DNA from: an uncultured Rikenellaceae bacterium
GTDB taxonomy: Bacteria > Bacteroidota > Bacteroidia > Bacteroidales > VadinHA17
Length of the DNA stretch: 64,000 bases
Direction: 5' to 3'
Assembly: GCA_964613785.1 (NCBI GenBank)
Contig: CAZTJT010000012.1
Coordinates: 37,065-101,064, forward strand
Shown: one piece after another, positions 29,118-37,879 of the stretch
Layout: every line of letters starts with the position of its first letter
How positions within the stretch are numbered: the first letter of the stretch is position 1
Position numbers and translations under genes: made by a program
Notes under the pieces: model-generated
Told to the model about the DNA's origin: nothing
What the model saw: only the letters and a program-made list of their open reading frames with translations
Database searches by the model: none

Positions 29118-29888
29118 ATGCAGAGGTCCACGTTTTTATTTATTAATAATTTGATACGGCCTATAGCACTAATAATTCTATTTTTTGTTTTTACGTGGCC
29201 TCGGGTTATCTCAGTTGAAAATAGCGACAGCACTAAGCCAGAACTTAAATCAACGACCACATTCAGCATCAACAGCAACGGTATCTCTTCCATACCTGCA
29301 TTTTCACTAGGAAAACCTGCACTAATTGCCGACGTAAAGCTTTCAAAGAGACGGTTCAGCTATGAACCTGTGCTGGCTTATGGACTTAATATGAGAGGAT
29401 GGTTCATTGACAACTGGTTGCGCTATAGGCTGGTTGATAAACCTGCATTGGAACTGAGAACGGGGGTAAACTTCAGTACATTTTTTAGTGAATACAAACT
29501 TCGGGATGATGAAATTTGGCGAACTGAACGATATTTTGCTTTTGAACTCACCCTTGTGCATAAATTATCGCCAAGCAGTTCAATTTTGTTTTCCTACTGG
29601 AACGACAGGGGGCAGGAAAAAGGAAGCCTGAAAGGCCATTTTATCAATTTTATCGCCGAGAAAAACGACGTTCCATTCGGCAGCACCATTTTGTTTTCAG
29701 GTTACTTTCAGATATTCTACGTTGATTATGATGGAAACAATGATGGATTATTCATTTCTCCCAAAATATCTTTTTCTGTAAACGATCTTCCGTTTAATCT
29801 TTATTTTCAGATCATCCAGCCTTTGAAGAGCAATATAGAACCTTCACCGGGCTTCAGATGGAATCTGGGATTGTCTTATACAATTTAA
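29118..29888 (+). CDS. Hypothetical membrane/secreted beta-rich protein
   Basis: N-terminal hydrophobic segment, aromatic-rich alternating strands, C-terminus ...WNLGLSYTI. No family recognised. Confidence 0.4.
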   Translation: MQRSTFLFINNLIRPIALIILFFVFTWPRVISVENSDSTKPELKSTTTFSINSNGISSIPAFSLGKPALIADVKLSKRRFSYEPVLAYGLNMRGWFIDNWLRYRLVDKPALELRTGVNFSTFFSEYKLRDDEIWRTERYFAFELTLVHKLSPSSSILFSYWNDRGQEKGSLKGHFINFIAEKNDVPFGSTILFSGYFQIFYVDYDGNNDGLFISPKISFSVNDLPFNLYFQIIQPLKSNIEPSPGFRWNLGLSYTI

Positions 29889-29917
29889 TTAGATAACCCC
29901 TTTCATATCATTAATAA

Positions 29918-31153
29918 TCATATTTTTAAAACTTCGCCTTCAGATTTCGCCACTATTACTGCACCGCAAGTGTCTCCATAGACATTTATTGCTGTCCTGA
30001 ACATGTCAAGAATTCTGTCAACAGCAAGTATGAGGCCAATACCTTCAAGCGGCAGACCCACAGCCTTCAAAACAACTGCCATCATCACCAGTCCAGCCAT
30101 TGGTATGCCTGCAGAACCTATTGCAGCCAGTAAGGCGGTAAGGATAATTACAACCTGTTTACCTAAGGTAAGGTCGATGCCGTAGGCCTGAGCTATGAAA
30201 ATGACCGCCACACATTCGTATAGTGCGGTACCGTTCATATTAATGGTGGCTCCCAGAGGCAGGGTAAAGCTGGCTATTTTATTCGATACACCGTCTTTGT
30301 CTTCCACTGCCTCCATTGTGAGAGGCAGTGTTGCATTTGATGAGGAGGTTGTAAATGCAGTAAGAAGCGGAGTTGCCATATTCCTGAAATGCTTTATGGG
30401 ATTTACTCTTCCAAGGAACTTAACAAATAAAGGAAGTGTCACAATTCCATGAAACAGAAGTCCTGACAAAACTGTAACTATATAGAGGCCCAGCCTTCCT
30501 ACAACTTCACTGACTTCATTACCTATCTCCACCTGCTGAGCTATCACTTTGGCGGTTATGCTGAATATTCCCAGTGGTGTGAATTTTATTACAAATAGAG
30601 TAATTCTCATTATGACATCCAGTGCCGCATTAAACAAATCACTCAGCTTATTCCTCGATTTTTCCGCGATCTTGGTCATAAAGAATCCGAACAAAATGGA
30701 AAAGAATATTATTGACAACATCTGCCCCTGCGCCAACGCCTCAAATATATTCTGCGGGATTATTTTTACGAGGGTCTGCCCGAATGAATCAGAAGCATCG
30801 ACAATTCCCACGACAGGCGCCTTGAATCCCAGATCAGCTCCTGTACCAGGTTTTATTAAGCTCACAAGAATGAAGCCTGTCAAAATGGCTGCAAGTGTGG
30901 AAAGAATATAAAATCCAATTGTTTTTAAACCAATACGCCCGAGGTTTCCGCTGCTTCCGACACTGGCTACTCCTGTTGTTATTGAAAGAAGTATCAGAGG
31001 TACGATTATCATGCTGAGTGCCCGGAGAAACAAATCACCCATCCAGTTTGTATAAATTACAGCCTCATTAAAATAATAACCGAAGAAACCTCCGGCAAAA
31101 AGCATTATGATTATCTGGTAGTGGAGTGGGATGGAAAATTTTGATCGGGCCAT
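29918..31153 (-). CDS. Dicarboxylate/amino acid:cation symporter (DAACS, GltP-like)
   Basis: 411 aa polytopic protein. Motifs AFTTSSSNATLP, GATINMNGTALY, IGSAGIP.AG and DRILDM.RT..NV.GD. Confidence 0.85.
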   Translation of the reverse strand: MARSKFSIPLHYQIIIMLFAGGFFGYYFNEAVIYTNWMGDLFLRALSMIIVPLILLSITTGVASVGSSGNLGRIGLKTIGFYILSTLAAILTGFILVSLIKPGTGADLGFKAPVVGIVDASDSFGQTLVKIIPQNIFEALAQGQMLSIIFFSILFGFFMTKIAEKSRNKLSDLFNAALDVIMRITLFVIKFTPLGIFSITAKVIAQQVEIGNEVSEVVGRLGLYIVTVLSGLLFHGIVTLPLFVKFLGRVNPIKHFRNMATPLLTAFTTSSSNATLPLTMEAVEDKDGVSNKIASFTLPLGATINMNGTALYECVAVIFIAQAYGIDLTLGKQVVIILTALLAAIGSAGIPMAGLVMMAVVLKAVGLPLEGIGLILAVDRILDMFRTAINVYGDTCGAVIVAKSEGEVLKI

Positions 31154-31702
31154 TTATTCTTTATTTAGTGCTTAAAGAAACTGAAACTTTATGAAAACAA
31201 ACCACAAATTTCAATTAAATTTTTCTGATTAACTCTTCCACAATCTCATATTCGGTTTGTCACAACACCATCGCAGTAAATAATTCAAAGAATAACATTT
31301 GGTTAAAAAGGGTTGAAATATAAATATGTCCTTCAGCATAAGTCATGATACATTACAATTGTAAATCCACACAAACAAACACCAATTTACACTTATAACC
31401 TCTATATTTAAATCTGTCATAATACATATGTAATTTTTTCCAAAAACAAAAAATATATATTTATAATAATCAGTTAATCTGTCATATATTATCAATTAAA
31501 TAAATAAAAACTTAATATTCCGGCTCTTCTGATTATAAATATTATTTAGATTTATACTTATATATGTCATAAATAATTATAATTCAATGTGTAAAATGTA
31601 CTAATCTTAAGTATTTATTACGGTAAAGTCCTTTATGAACATACTGTAAATTAGTATTTTACAAATTGAATTAATTTAAGATTACAGACTTTATTATTGA
31701 TG

Positions 31703-31761
31703 ATTACATATGTAATTATATAAAATTACCAATGTAAAATATTTATTATTTACATTTGTAA
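31703..31761 (+). promoter_or_regulatory. Three phased TTAC(A/C)-N2-TGTAA palindromes plus a -7-like promoter element upstream of the HTH gene
   Basis: ATTACATATGTAAT (31703-31716), TTACCAATGTAA (31726-31737) and TTACATTTGTAA (31750-31761), with starts 22 and 24 bp apart. TACATTTG (31751-31758) matches Bacteroidetes TAnnTTTG, 18 nt before the ATG at 31776. Confidence 0.5.
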
Positions 31762-31775
31762 TAAATTAAAAAAAC

Positions 31776-32222
31776 ATGCTTTTAAGAGAGAGGATACAGG
31801 GATTTTTAAAAAAGGAAAATAAGACTTCAGCCCAGTTTGCTGAAGAAATCGGAGTTCAACCTTCAGGTATTTCTCACATTCTTTCAGGAAGAAATAATCC
31901 GAGCCTTGACTTTATAATCAAGATGCTTGAAAAATATCCTTACCTGTCATCCGAATGGCTTCTTTTCGGAAGAGGTCCTATGTATAAGGCCCAGTATGAA
32001 AGTTCTCTTTTTGATGAAATTAATGCTGAAGGTGAAAATGTGACAATTGACAATGTTGACGAAAGAAAACCTCTTGAAAGTGAAATTAAATCAATTGAAA
32101 GTCAGATAGATAAGAGGTCTGCTGAAAAAAATGAGAATAAATTCAAACCTGAAAAAATTACAAGAATAATCTGGTTTTACGAAAACAATACTTTCGAAGA
32201 ATTTCTACCAGGCAAAGATTGA
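31776..32222 (+). CDS. XRE-family helix-turn-helix DNA-binding protein
   Basis: The N-terminal 65 aa (IQGFLKKENKTSAQFAEEIGVQPSGISHILSGRNNPSLDFIIKML) is an HTH_3-like domain. The C-terminal half is charged and low-complexity. Confidence 0.7.
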   Translation: MLLRERIQGFLKKENKTSAQFAEEIGVQPSGISHILSGRNNPSLDFIIKMLEKYPYLSSEWLLFGRGPMYKAQYESSLFDEINAEGENVTIDNVDERKPLESEIKSIESQIDKRSAEKNENKFKPEKITRIIWFYENNTFEEFLPGKD

Positions 32223-32283
32223 TCTTTTACTTCTGAAAGCAATCATAGATAATCTTTTATATCTTTGTTCCAAAAGCCTTTTT

Positions 32284-33051
32284 ATGCCAAAGAGAATTGA
32301 GGATTTTATCATCCGGAGGAACAGAAAGCTCAATGATGATTATTTTGTTCTTGAACTTGATGGTATGCGTTCCCTTCCCGAAATAAAACCTGGACAATTT
32401 GTCCAGGTTAAGGTGGAAGGTAGTCCTGAAACATTCCTGCGCCGCCCTGTTTCTGTTCATGATGTTGATTATCAGCGAAATATTCTAAAATTGCTTATAC
32501 AGATTGTTGGAAAAGGCACTGAAACTCTTTCCAGAATAAATCAGGGAGATACGTTGAATCTGATTTATCCACTAGGCAATTCTTTCTCTATTCCGTCAAA
32601 AAGGGACAGAGTTCTTCTGGTCGGTGGCGGTTGCGGCATTGCGCCATTATTATATCTTGCCAGGTGCATTGCATCGCAAGGTATTATGCCTGACATACTT
32701 CTGGGATTTCGCAATAAAAACAGGATAATCGAATACGAGGAATATTATGATCTTGGAAATGTGCATCTTACAACAGAAGATGGGTCAAGAGGATTAAGAG
32801 GCCTTGTTACCGGTCATCCGGTGATGAAAGATAATCTGTTTGACAGGGTCTACTGTTGCGGACCTGAAATGATGATGAAAGCAGTGGCATTACATTGCAG
32901 GGAAGCCGTAATTTCATGCGAAGTCTCTCTTGAAAACCTTATGGCATGCGGGATAGGGGCCTGCTTATGCTGCGTTGTCGAATCCATTCGGGGAAACCTC
33001 TGTACTTGCATTGACGGTCCGGTATTCAACACAAAGGATTTAAAATGGTAA
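32284..33051 (+). CDS. pyrK: Dihydroorotate dehydrogenase (class 1B) electron-transfer subunit
   Basis: FAD/NAD(P)-binding ferredoxin-reductase fold ([15 protein letters not shown]) and a C-terminal 2Fe-2S motif [12 protein letters not shown]...C. It overlaps pyrD by ATGgTAA. Confidence 0.85.
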   Translation: MPKRIEDFIIRRNRKLNDDYFVLELDGMRSLPEIKPGQFVQVKVEGSPETFLRRPVSVHDVDYQRNILKLLIQIVGKGTETLSRINQGDTLNLIYPLGNSFSIPSKRDRVLLVGGGCGIAPLLYLARCIASQGIMPDILLGFRNKNRIIEYEEYYDLGNVHLTTEDGSRGLRGLVTGHPVMKDNLFDRVYCCGPEMMMKAVALHCREAVISCEVSLENLMACGIGACLCCVVESIRGNLCTCIDGPVFNTKDLKW

Positions 33052-33959
33052 AACTCGAAATATCTGTCGGAAATCTGAAATTTAAAAATCCTGTGATGAC
33101 AGCATCAGGGACCTTTGGAAACGGATCGGAATTCGAGGATTTTTTCGATGTTTCCAGACTCGGTGGAATAATTCTTAAAGGAACGACAATAGAATCACGG
33201 GAAGGAAATCCATACCCCAGGATGGCTGAAACCCCTGCTGGAATGCTGAATGCTGTGGGTTTGCAGAATAAGGGGATCGATTACTTTGAAAAATACATTT
33301 ATCCAAAAGTATCACTTTTCGATACCAATGTCATTGTAAACATAAATGGCAGTTATCTTGAAGATTATGTAGCACTTGCTGAGAGAATTGACAAACTTGA
33401 CAAAATAGCCGCAATTGAGCTGAATATCTCATGCCCTAATGTGAAAATGGGTGGCATGGCTTTCGGCACCAATCCCCAGTCGACAAGGGAGGTTACACGG
33501 GCAGTCAGGGCAGCATATTCAAAAACGCTGATAGTAAAATTGTCGCCGAATGTTACCAGCATTGTCGATTTTGCCAGAATTGCCGAAGAGGAGGGTGCTG
33601 ATGCAGTTTCATTGATAAACACCCTGCTGGGAATGGCTATAGATATTCGTACAAGAAAACCTTCTCTTTCCACGATTACGGGAGGTTTATCGGGTCCGGC
33701 TGTCAAACCTGTTGCTTTGAGGATGGTATGGCAGACCGCAATGGCTGTAAAAATTCCAGTGATAGGAATAGGCGGAATAATGAACGCATCGGATGCCGTT
33801 GAATTCTTTCTTGCCGGCGCTACTGCAATTCAGGTAGGTACTGCATCGTTTATTGACCCTCTTAGCTCAGTAAAGATTATTGAGGGAATCGAAAATTACC
33901 TCGAAGAAAATAAATTCGGAAGTATTACCGACATTAAAGGACTAATCAATCTCAGCTGA
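33045..33959 (+). CDS. pyrD: Dihydroorotate dehydrogenase (class 1B) catalytic subunit
   Basis: [42 protein letters not shown] and IGIGGI motifs. Confidence 0.9.
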   Translation: MVKLEISVGNLKFKNPVMTASGTFGNGSEFEDFFDVSRLGGIILKGTTIESREGNPYPRMAETPAGMLNAVGLQNKGIDYFEKYIYPKVSLFDTNVIVNINGSYLEDYVALAERIDKLDKIAAIELNISCPNVKMGGMAFGTNPQSTREVTRAVRAAYSKTLIVKLSPNVTSIVDFARIAEEEGADAVSLINTLLGMAIDIRTRKPSLSTITGGLSGPAVKPVALRMVWQTAMAVKIPVIGIGGIMNASDAVEFFLAGATAIQVGTASFIDPLSSVKIIEGIENYLEENKFGSITDIKGLINLS

Positions 33960-34120
33960 TGTAAGAATTATTAGTTCACCTGATCTTATAACTGAAAAAC
34001 TAAATGTTGAAAACCTTTTTAGGAATAAAATTTAAAATACCGCATTTGGTTATAATTTTTCTTTAAATTTGTAACTGCCAAAACCAGAAATCCTTATTCC
34101 ATTAATCAAATACTGCAACA

Positions 34121-34594
34121 ATGACAGAAAATATTCAAATTGATAATCTTGACAGGAAGATATTGGATATTATCACAAAAAACGCAAGGATACCTTATCT
34201 CGAAGTGGCAAGAGAATGTAATGTTTCAGGAGCTGCAATCCATCAGCGTGTACAGCGGCTTATAAAAATAGGAGTTATCAGAGGATCGGAATTCAAGGTC
34301 GATCCGGTCCTTGTAGGCTTTAAAACCTGTGCTTATATCGGAGTTTATCTAGATCATCCCGGACATTACCGCGACATAATTAAAAAATTCAGGGAGATAC
34401 CGGAAATAATTGAATGCCATTACACTACCGGCAATTACTCATTGTTCCTCAAAGTCTATACACGCGATAATGAACATCTCCGGGATATCCTTACCGATAA
34501 AATCCAGAATATTCCGGGAGTTGTTAGGACGGAAACTCTTATTTCGCTTGAGGAATCCATTAACAGGCAGATCCCTGTGCTTTCTGAAAAATAA
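34121..34594 (+). CDS. Lrp/AsnC family transcriptional regulator
   Basis: LDRKILDIITKNARIPYLEVARECNVSGAAIHQRVQRL (HTH_AsnC) plus a C-terminal RAM/AsnC_trans_reg domain. Length is 157 aa. Confidence 0.85.
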   Translation: MTENIQIDNLDRKILDIITKNARIPYLEVARECNVSGAAIHQRVQRLIKIGVIRGSEFKVDPVLVGFKTCAYIGVYLDHPGHYRDIIKKFREIPEIIECHYTTGNYSLFLKVYTRDNEHLRDILTDKIQNIPGVVRTETLISLEESINRQIPVLSEK

Positions 34595-34707
34595 GATCCC
34601 TGATTAAAACAAAATATTTAAGGCTATTTTGAGCCTCAAATCCTCATTTCTCTGATGATTACTTCTGTTGAAAATATTATCCGGTTAAATACATAAGATT
34701 TTTGATC

Positions 34708-36669
34708 ATGAAAAAACTATCACTTGTTCTACTTATCTTAATTGTATCGGGTTCAGTTTTTCATCTTTTTGCCCAACCGGAGGTAATGGCATGGGGAAAT
34801 CTGACCGGGATAAGGGTCGACGGGCAGCTGTTGGAGTTTGAATCGAGCTTACGGGTTGTTGAAAAGGGCTGGAACAGTTTTACTGGGACAGGCAAGGAGA
34901 GACAAAGGCCAAAATATGACAGGGATGGTGATAAACAAACAGTTACAACAGAAATAAGGGGCATAAAGTTTAACCAGGTGGTAGAAGAGTGCGGAAAGGG
35001 TTGCGCCCTTATCAGGGTTAATACATCCTCAGAAAAGGACACTATCGTGGAAGGTGTTTTCCTGTGTATTGATCTTCCTGGCATTATTTATTCCGACGCA
35101 AACCTGCATTTCGTAGGAGCTTCAGGAGTCAGCAAGATCAGTAAAGCTTCAATAAGTTCACAAAATAATGGTAAGCCGCTTAAAATCAGATCAAAAGGCT
35201 TTATAGTTGAATCTGCAGAAAGGAAGATTGAGGTAGTTTTCGGATCAACTGCAGCAGTGTTCCTGAGGAAGGAAAATAATGACAATAGCACCCAGATCTA
35301 TATAGAATTAATGGGGCAGAAAATCAGGAAAGGAAGCAAGGTACAAAATACTTTTACTGTAAGAGCTTCCGGAACGATCGACGATTCTTCAGCCGAGATT
35401 GTTCTGACTGCGAATAAACCGGGCCGGAAATTTGATGGTTTGGGAGGGAATTTCCGATTGCAAAATCCGAAAACTGATCCTCCTGTCATTGATTATTGCC
35501 TTGAAAATCTGAGGGTAGCCTGGGGGAGAGTAGAGATGCCGTGGAATTTCTGGCATCCCGATGAGGATGTCGATCCAATTGAAGCAGCAAATGCAGGAAA
35601 ACTTAACCCGCGTGTTGATGCGGCAATGAAAATGGCACAAAGGCTTACCGCAATCGGAATACCAGTAATAATAAGCGCATGGTCCGCACCAAACTGGGCA
35701 ATACTCGGAGATCCCCGGGATGCTTTCAGGCTAAGGTCAAAAGGTATTTACGGGTACCAGCTAAATCCGGAAAAAACTGCGAAAATCTACAGATCCATAG
35801 GCGACTATGTGGAATATCTTAAGAATTACTATGGTGTTGAAGCCGTTGCATTCTCATTTAATGAATCAGACCTTGGCATCAATGTGAGGCATACAGGAAA
35901 GGAGCATGCTGAATTTATCAAGGGTATGGGAGCACATCTGGAATCAAGGGGTCTTGTAACAAAGTTGCTGCTTGGTGACAATTCCGACGCCACAACTTTT
36001 GATTTCATTGTTCCGGCTTTGAATGATCCGGAGACACATAAGTACATCCTTGCTGTTTCTTTCCATTCGTGGCGTGGCTGTGATGATGAAACGCTTAAAA
36101 GATGGGCCGAAGCTGCTCAGAAGCTTAACCTCCCCCTGATTGTCGCGGAAGGAAGCACCGATGCTGCAGCATGGAATTATCCGGAAATTTTTTCCGAACA
36201 GACCTTTGCATTTTACGAGATAAACCTGTATACCAGAATACTTGCCATCAGCCAACCTCTTTCGATTCTGCAATGGCAGCTTACGGCAGATTATTCTTTG
36301 TTGACTGGTCAGGGTATATTCGGCACATCAGGCCCGCTTAAGCCTACTCAGCGTTTCTGGAACCTTAAACAGCTCGCATCAACCCCTGAGGGTGCATTTG
36401 CGATTCCACTCACCTGCAGCAAATCGCTGGTAAACTGCGCTGCTTTCGGAAACCTGAGCCGTAACGAATTTGCCATCCATATGGTAAACAATGGAGCAGA
36501 ATGCAAGGCTGTTGTCAAAGGTATACCTGAAGGAGTAACTTCTTTCGAGATTTACGTTACCGACAAGGAAAAAGAAATGGAAAAAACCGGACACGTCAGG
36601 GTTGTTAATGGTACAGCCGAATTCATGCTATATCCTGCTGCATTTACCTCATTGATAAGTTCCCGCTGA
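34708..36669 (+). CDS. Putative secreted glycoside hydrolase (clan GH-A, GH30-like)
   Basis: Signal peptide. FDGLGGNF, FNESDLG (candidate acid/base Glu) and VAEGSTD (candidate nucleophile) are spaced as in (beta/alpha)8 GH-A enzymes. The family call is tentative. The track start at 34702 is TTG, so the ATG at 34708 is preferred. Confidence 0.4.
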   Translation: MKKLSLVLLILIVSGSVFHLFAQPEVMAWGNLTGIRVDGQLLEFESSLRVVEKGWNSFTGTGKERQRPKYDRDGDKQTVTTEIRGIKFNQVVEECGKGCALIRVNTSSEKDTIVEGVFLCIDLPGIIYSDANLHFVGASGVSKISKASISSQNNGKPLKIRSKGFIVESAERKIEVVFGSTAAVFLRKENNDNSTQIYIELMGQKIRKGSKVQNTFTVRASGTIDDSSAEIVLTANKPGRKFDGLGGNFRLQNPKTDPPVIDYCLENLRVAWGRVEMPWNFWHPDEDVDPIEAANAGKLNPRVDAAMKMAQRLTAIGIPVIISAWSAPNWAILGDPRDAFRLRSKGIYGYQLNPEKTAKIYRSIGDYVEYLKNYYGVEAVAFSFNESDLGINVRHTGKEHAEFIKGMGAHLESRGLVTKLLLGDNSDATTFDFIVPALNDPETHKYILAVSFHSWRGCDDETLKRWAEAAQKLNLPLIVAEGSTDAAAWNYPEIFSEQTFAFYEINLYTRILAISQPLSILQWQLTADYSLLTGQGIFGTSGPLKPTQRFWNLKQLASTPEGAFAIPLTCSKSLVNCAAFGNLSRNEFAIHMVNNGAECKAVVKGIPEGVTSFEIYVTDKEKEMEKTGHVRVVNGTAEFMLYPAAFTSLISSR

Positions 36670-36972
36670 CATTTGGGAAAGAAGATCTTCTGCAGATAGG
36701 CCTTTCCGGTGCTGCTTATTTTATCATCAGAGTAACAGGCTGATATGCATTGATATGCATAGTTAACCGGCCGTTTTTTATCAATGATGATTTAATTACT
36801 TTTATTGGTTCTCCCCTTAGGTCGCATATGGTTGTTGTGCTGACCGATTTCATTGGCAGGTTGATTTCGAATAAACCCGGCCTGCCGGCTTGCTCCCATA
36901 ATCGTATAATTTAGGAGCCTGATTCCCTGTCGTATGAAAATGAAGTCACCAGAATACCTTTTGATTAAGTCC

Positions 36973-37656
36973 TTATTCCTTCAGCCTTAAGCCTGAGCCA
37001 TGATACTCAGCCCAGTAAAACGTCAGGAGGTGCGAACCGTCGGGTCCTTCTCACCAGAAAAGAGATGGTACATCGGGAGAGGCAGATCCCGGATTGCATC
37101 CAATGTGAAGGATCTTTACACCGGCATAAGTTAAAAGGGTTGGCATTATCCATGAATGGCTGGGCACATCTGTCATTTTAGCATCGCGTGGAAGGGGCTG
37201 ATTGTAATCCATGGCGATTTTTGTTGAAAATTCTAGGCACCTTACCAGGTTTTCAAGGTCTCCTGATTCGGTTTCAAAAGTAAATGGAAGTGCATGAACC
37301 ACGAAGCACCCCGATGAAAGAGCTTTCTCATGTCCCTGCTTCCTTTTGCTGCTGCTGTTTTCAAGCATGTATTTCACAGGCCATCCCGGAACAGTCCATA
37401 TGAATCTTTCATTATCCGGCAGACCAGTGGTGGCTTCCACCGATAACAAAGCTCCATCGGGCATTCTTGTGGTGTAGCCTTTTAATACTGATTCAGCCAG
37501 ATCAGTGCAGCCTATGTCAAAATGCATCTTGAAAACAATGATAAGGTCCTTAATGTTGGGTGGTGTTGCATCCTTGTTATCAGACTGCGGTAGAATAGGA
37601 TTTGCCATGAAAACCAGCAACAGTGAAATGCAAAATGTCTTCATTTGTTTATTCAT
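36973..37656 (-). pseudogene. Decayed glycoside hydrolase gene (GH38-like/DUF5054-like N-terminal part) with an in-frame TGA and 3' truncation
   Basis: The 201-aa ORF (IIVFKMHFDIGCTDLAE...) ends ...DVPSLFW-TGA. The same frame then continues EGPDGSHLLTFYWAEYHGSGLRLKE before TAA. The about 300 bp before the next gene has no long ORF. As I recall them, intact relatives are roughly three times longer. Confidence 0.55.
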
Positions 37657-37879
37657 GGAGGGTTTGCTTATGTTGAAATATTGGTGAGGCCAGTATTAAT
37701 CCGGTCTTCATAAAGTTAAAAAATTCTTACAAAATTAATCCATCTGGATCTTTTAGTCTTCTGACTATGTAAAATCGACGGTGATGAAATAAAATTGACT
37801 TTGCCTGATTCAGGTTGTAACTTTACTTTATCTGTCATGTATCAAGGGCTCTTTGAAATATTTTACAATCTCCACGACG

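Noticed and set aside
36741-36760. A 10-bp direct duplication, TGATATGCAT x2.
   Set aside because: Only two copies, inside the decayed region downstream of the GH gene. Most likely a slippage remnant.
37051-37053. The in-frame TGA where Trp is expected could indicate TGA reassignment (genetic code 4 or 25).
   Set aside because: Many clearly intact genes in the window terminate at TGA at the expected length, for example the LexA-like gene at 50004-50006. All long conserved ORFs are uninterrupted under the standard code. A single nonsense mutation in a decaying gene explains it.
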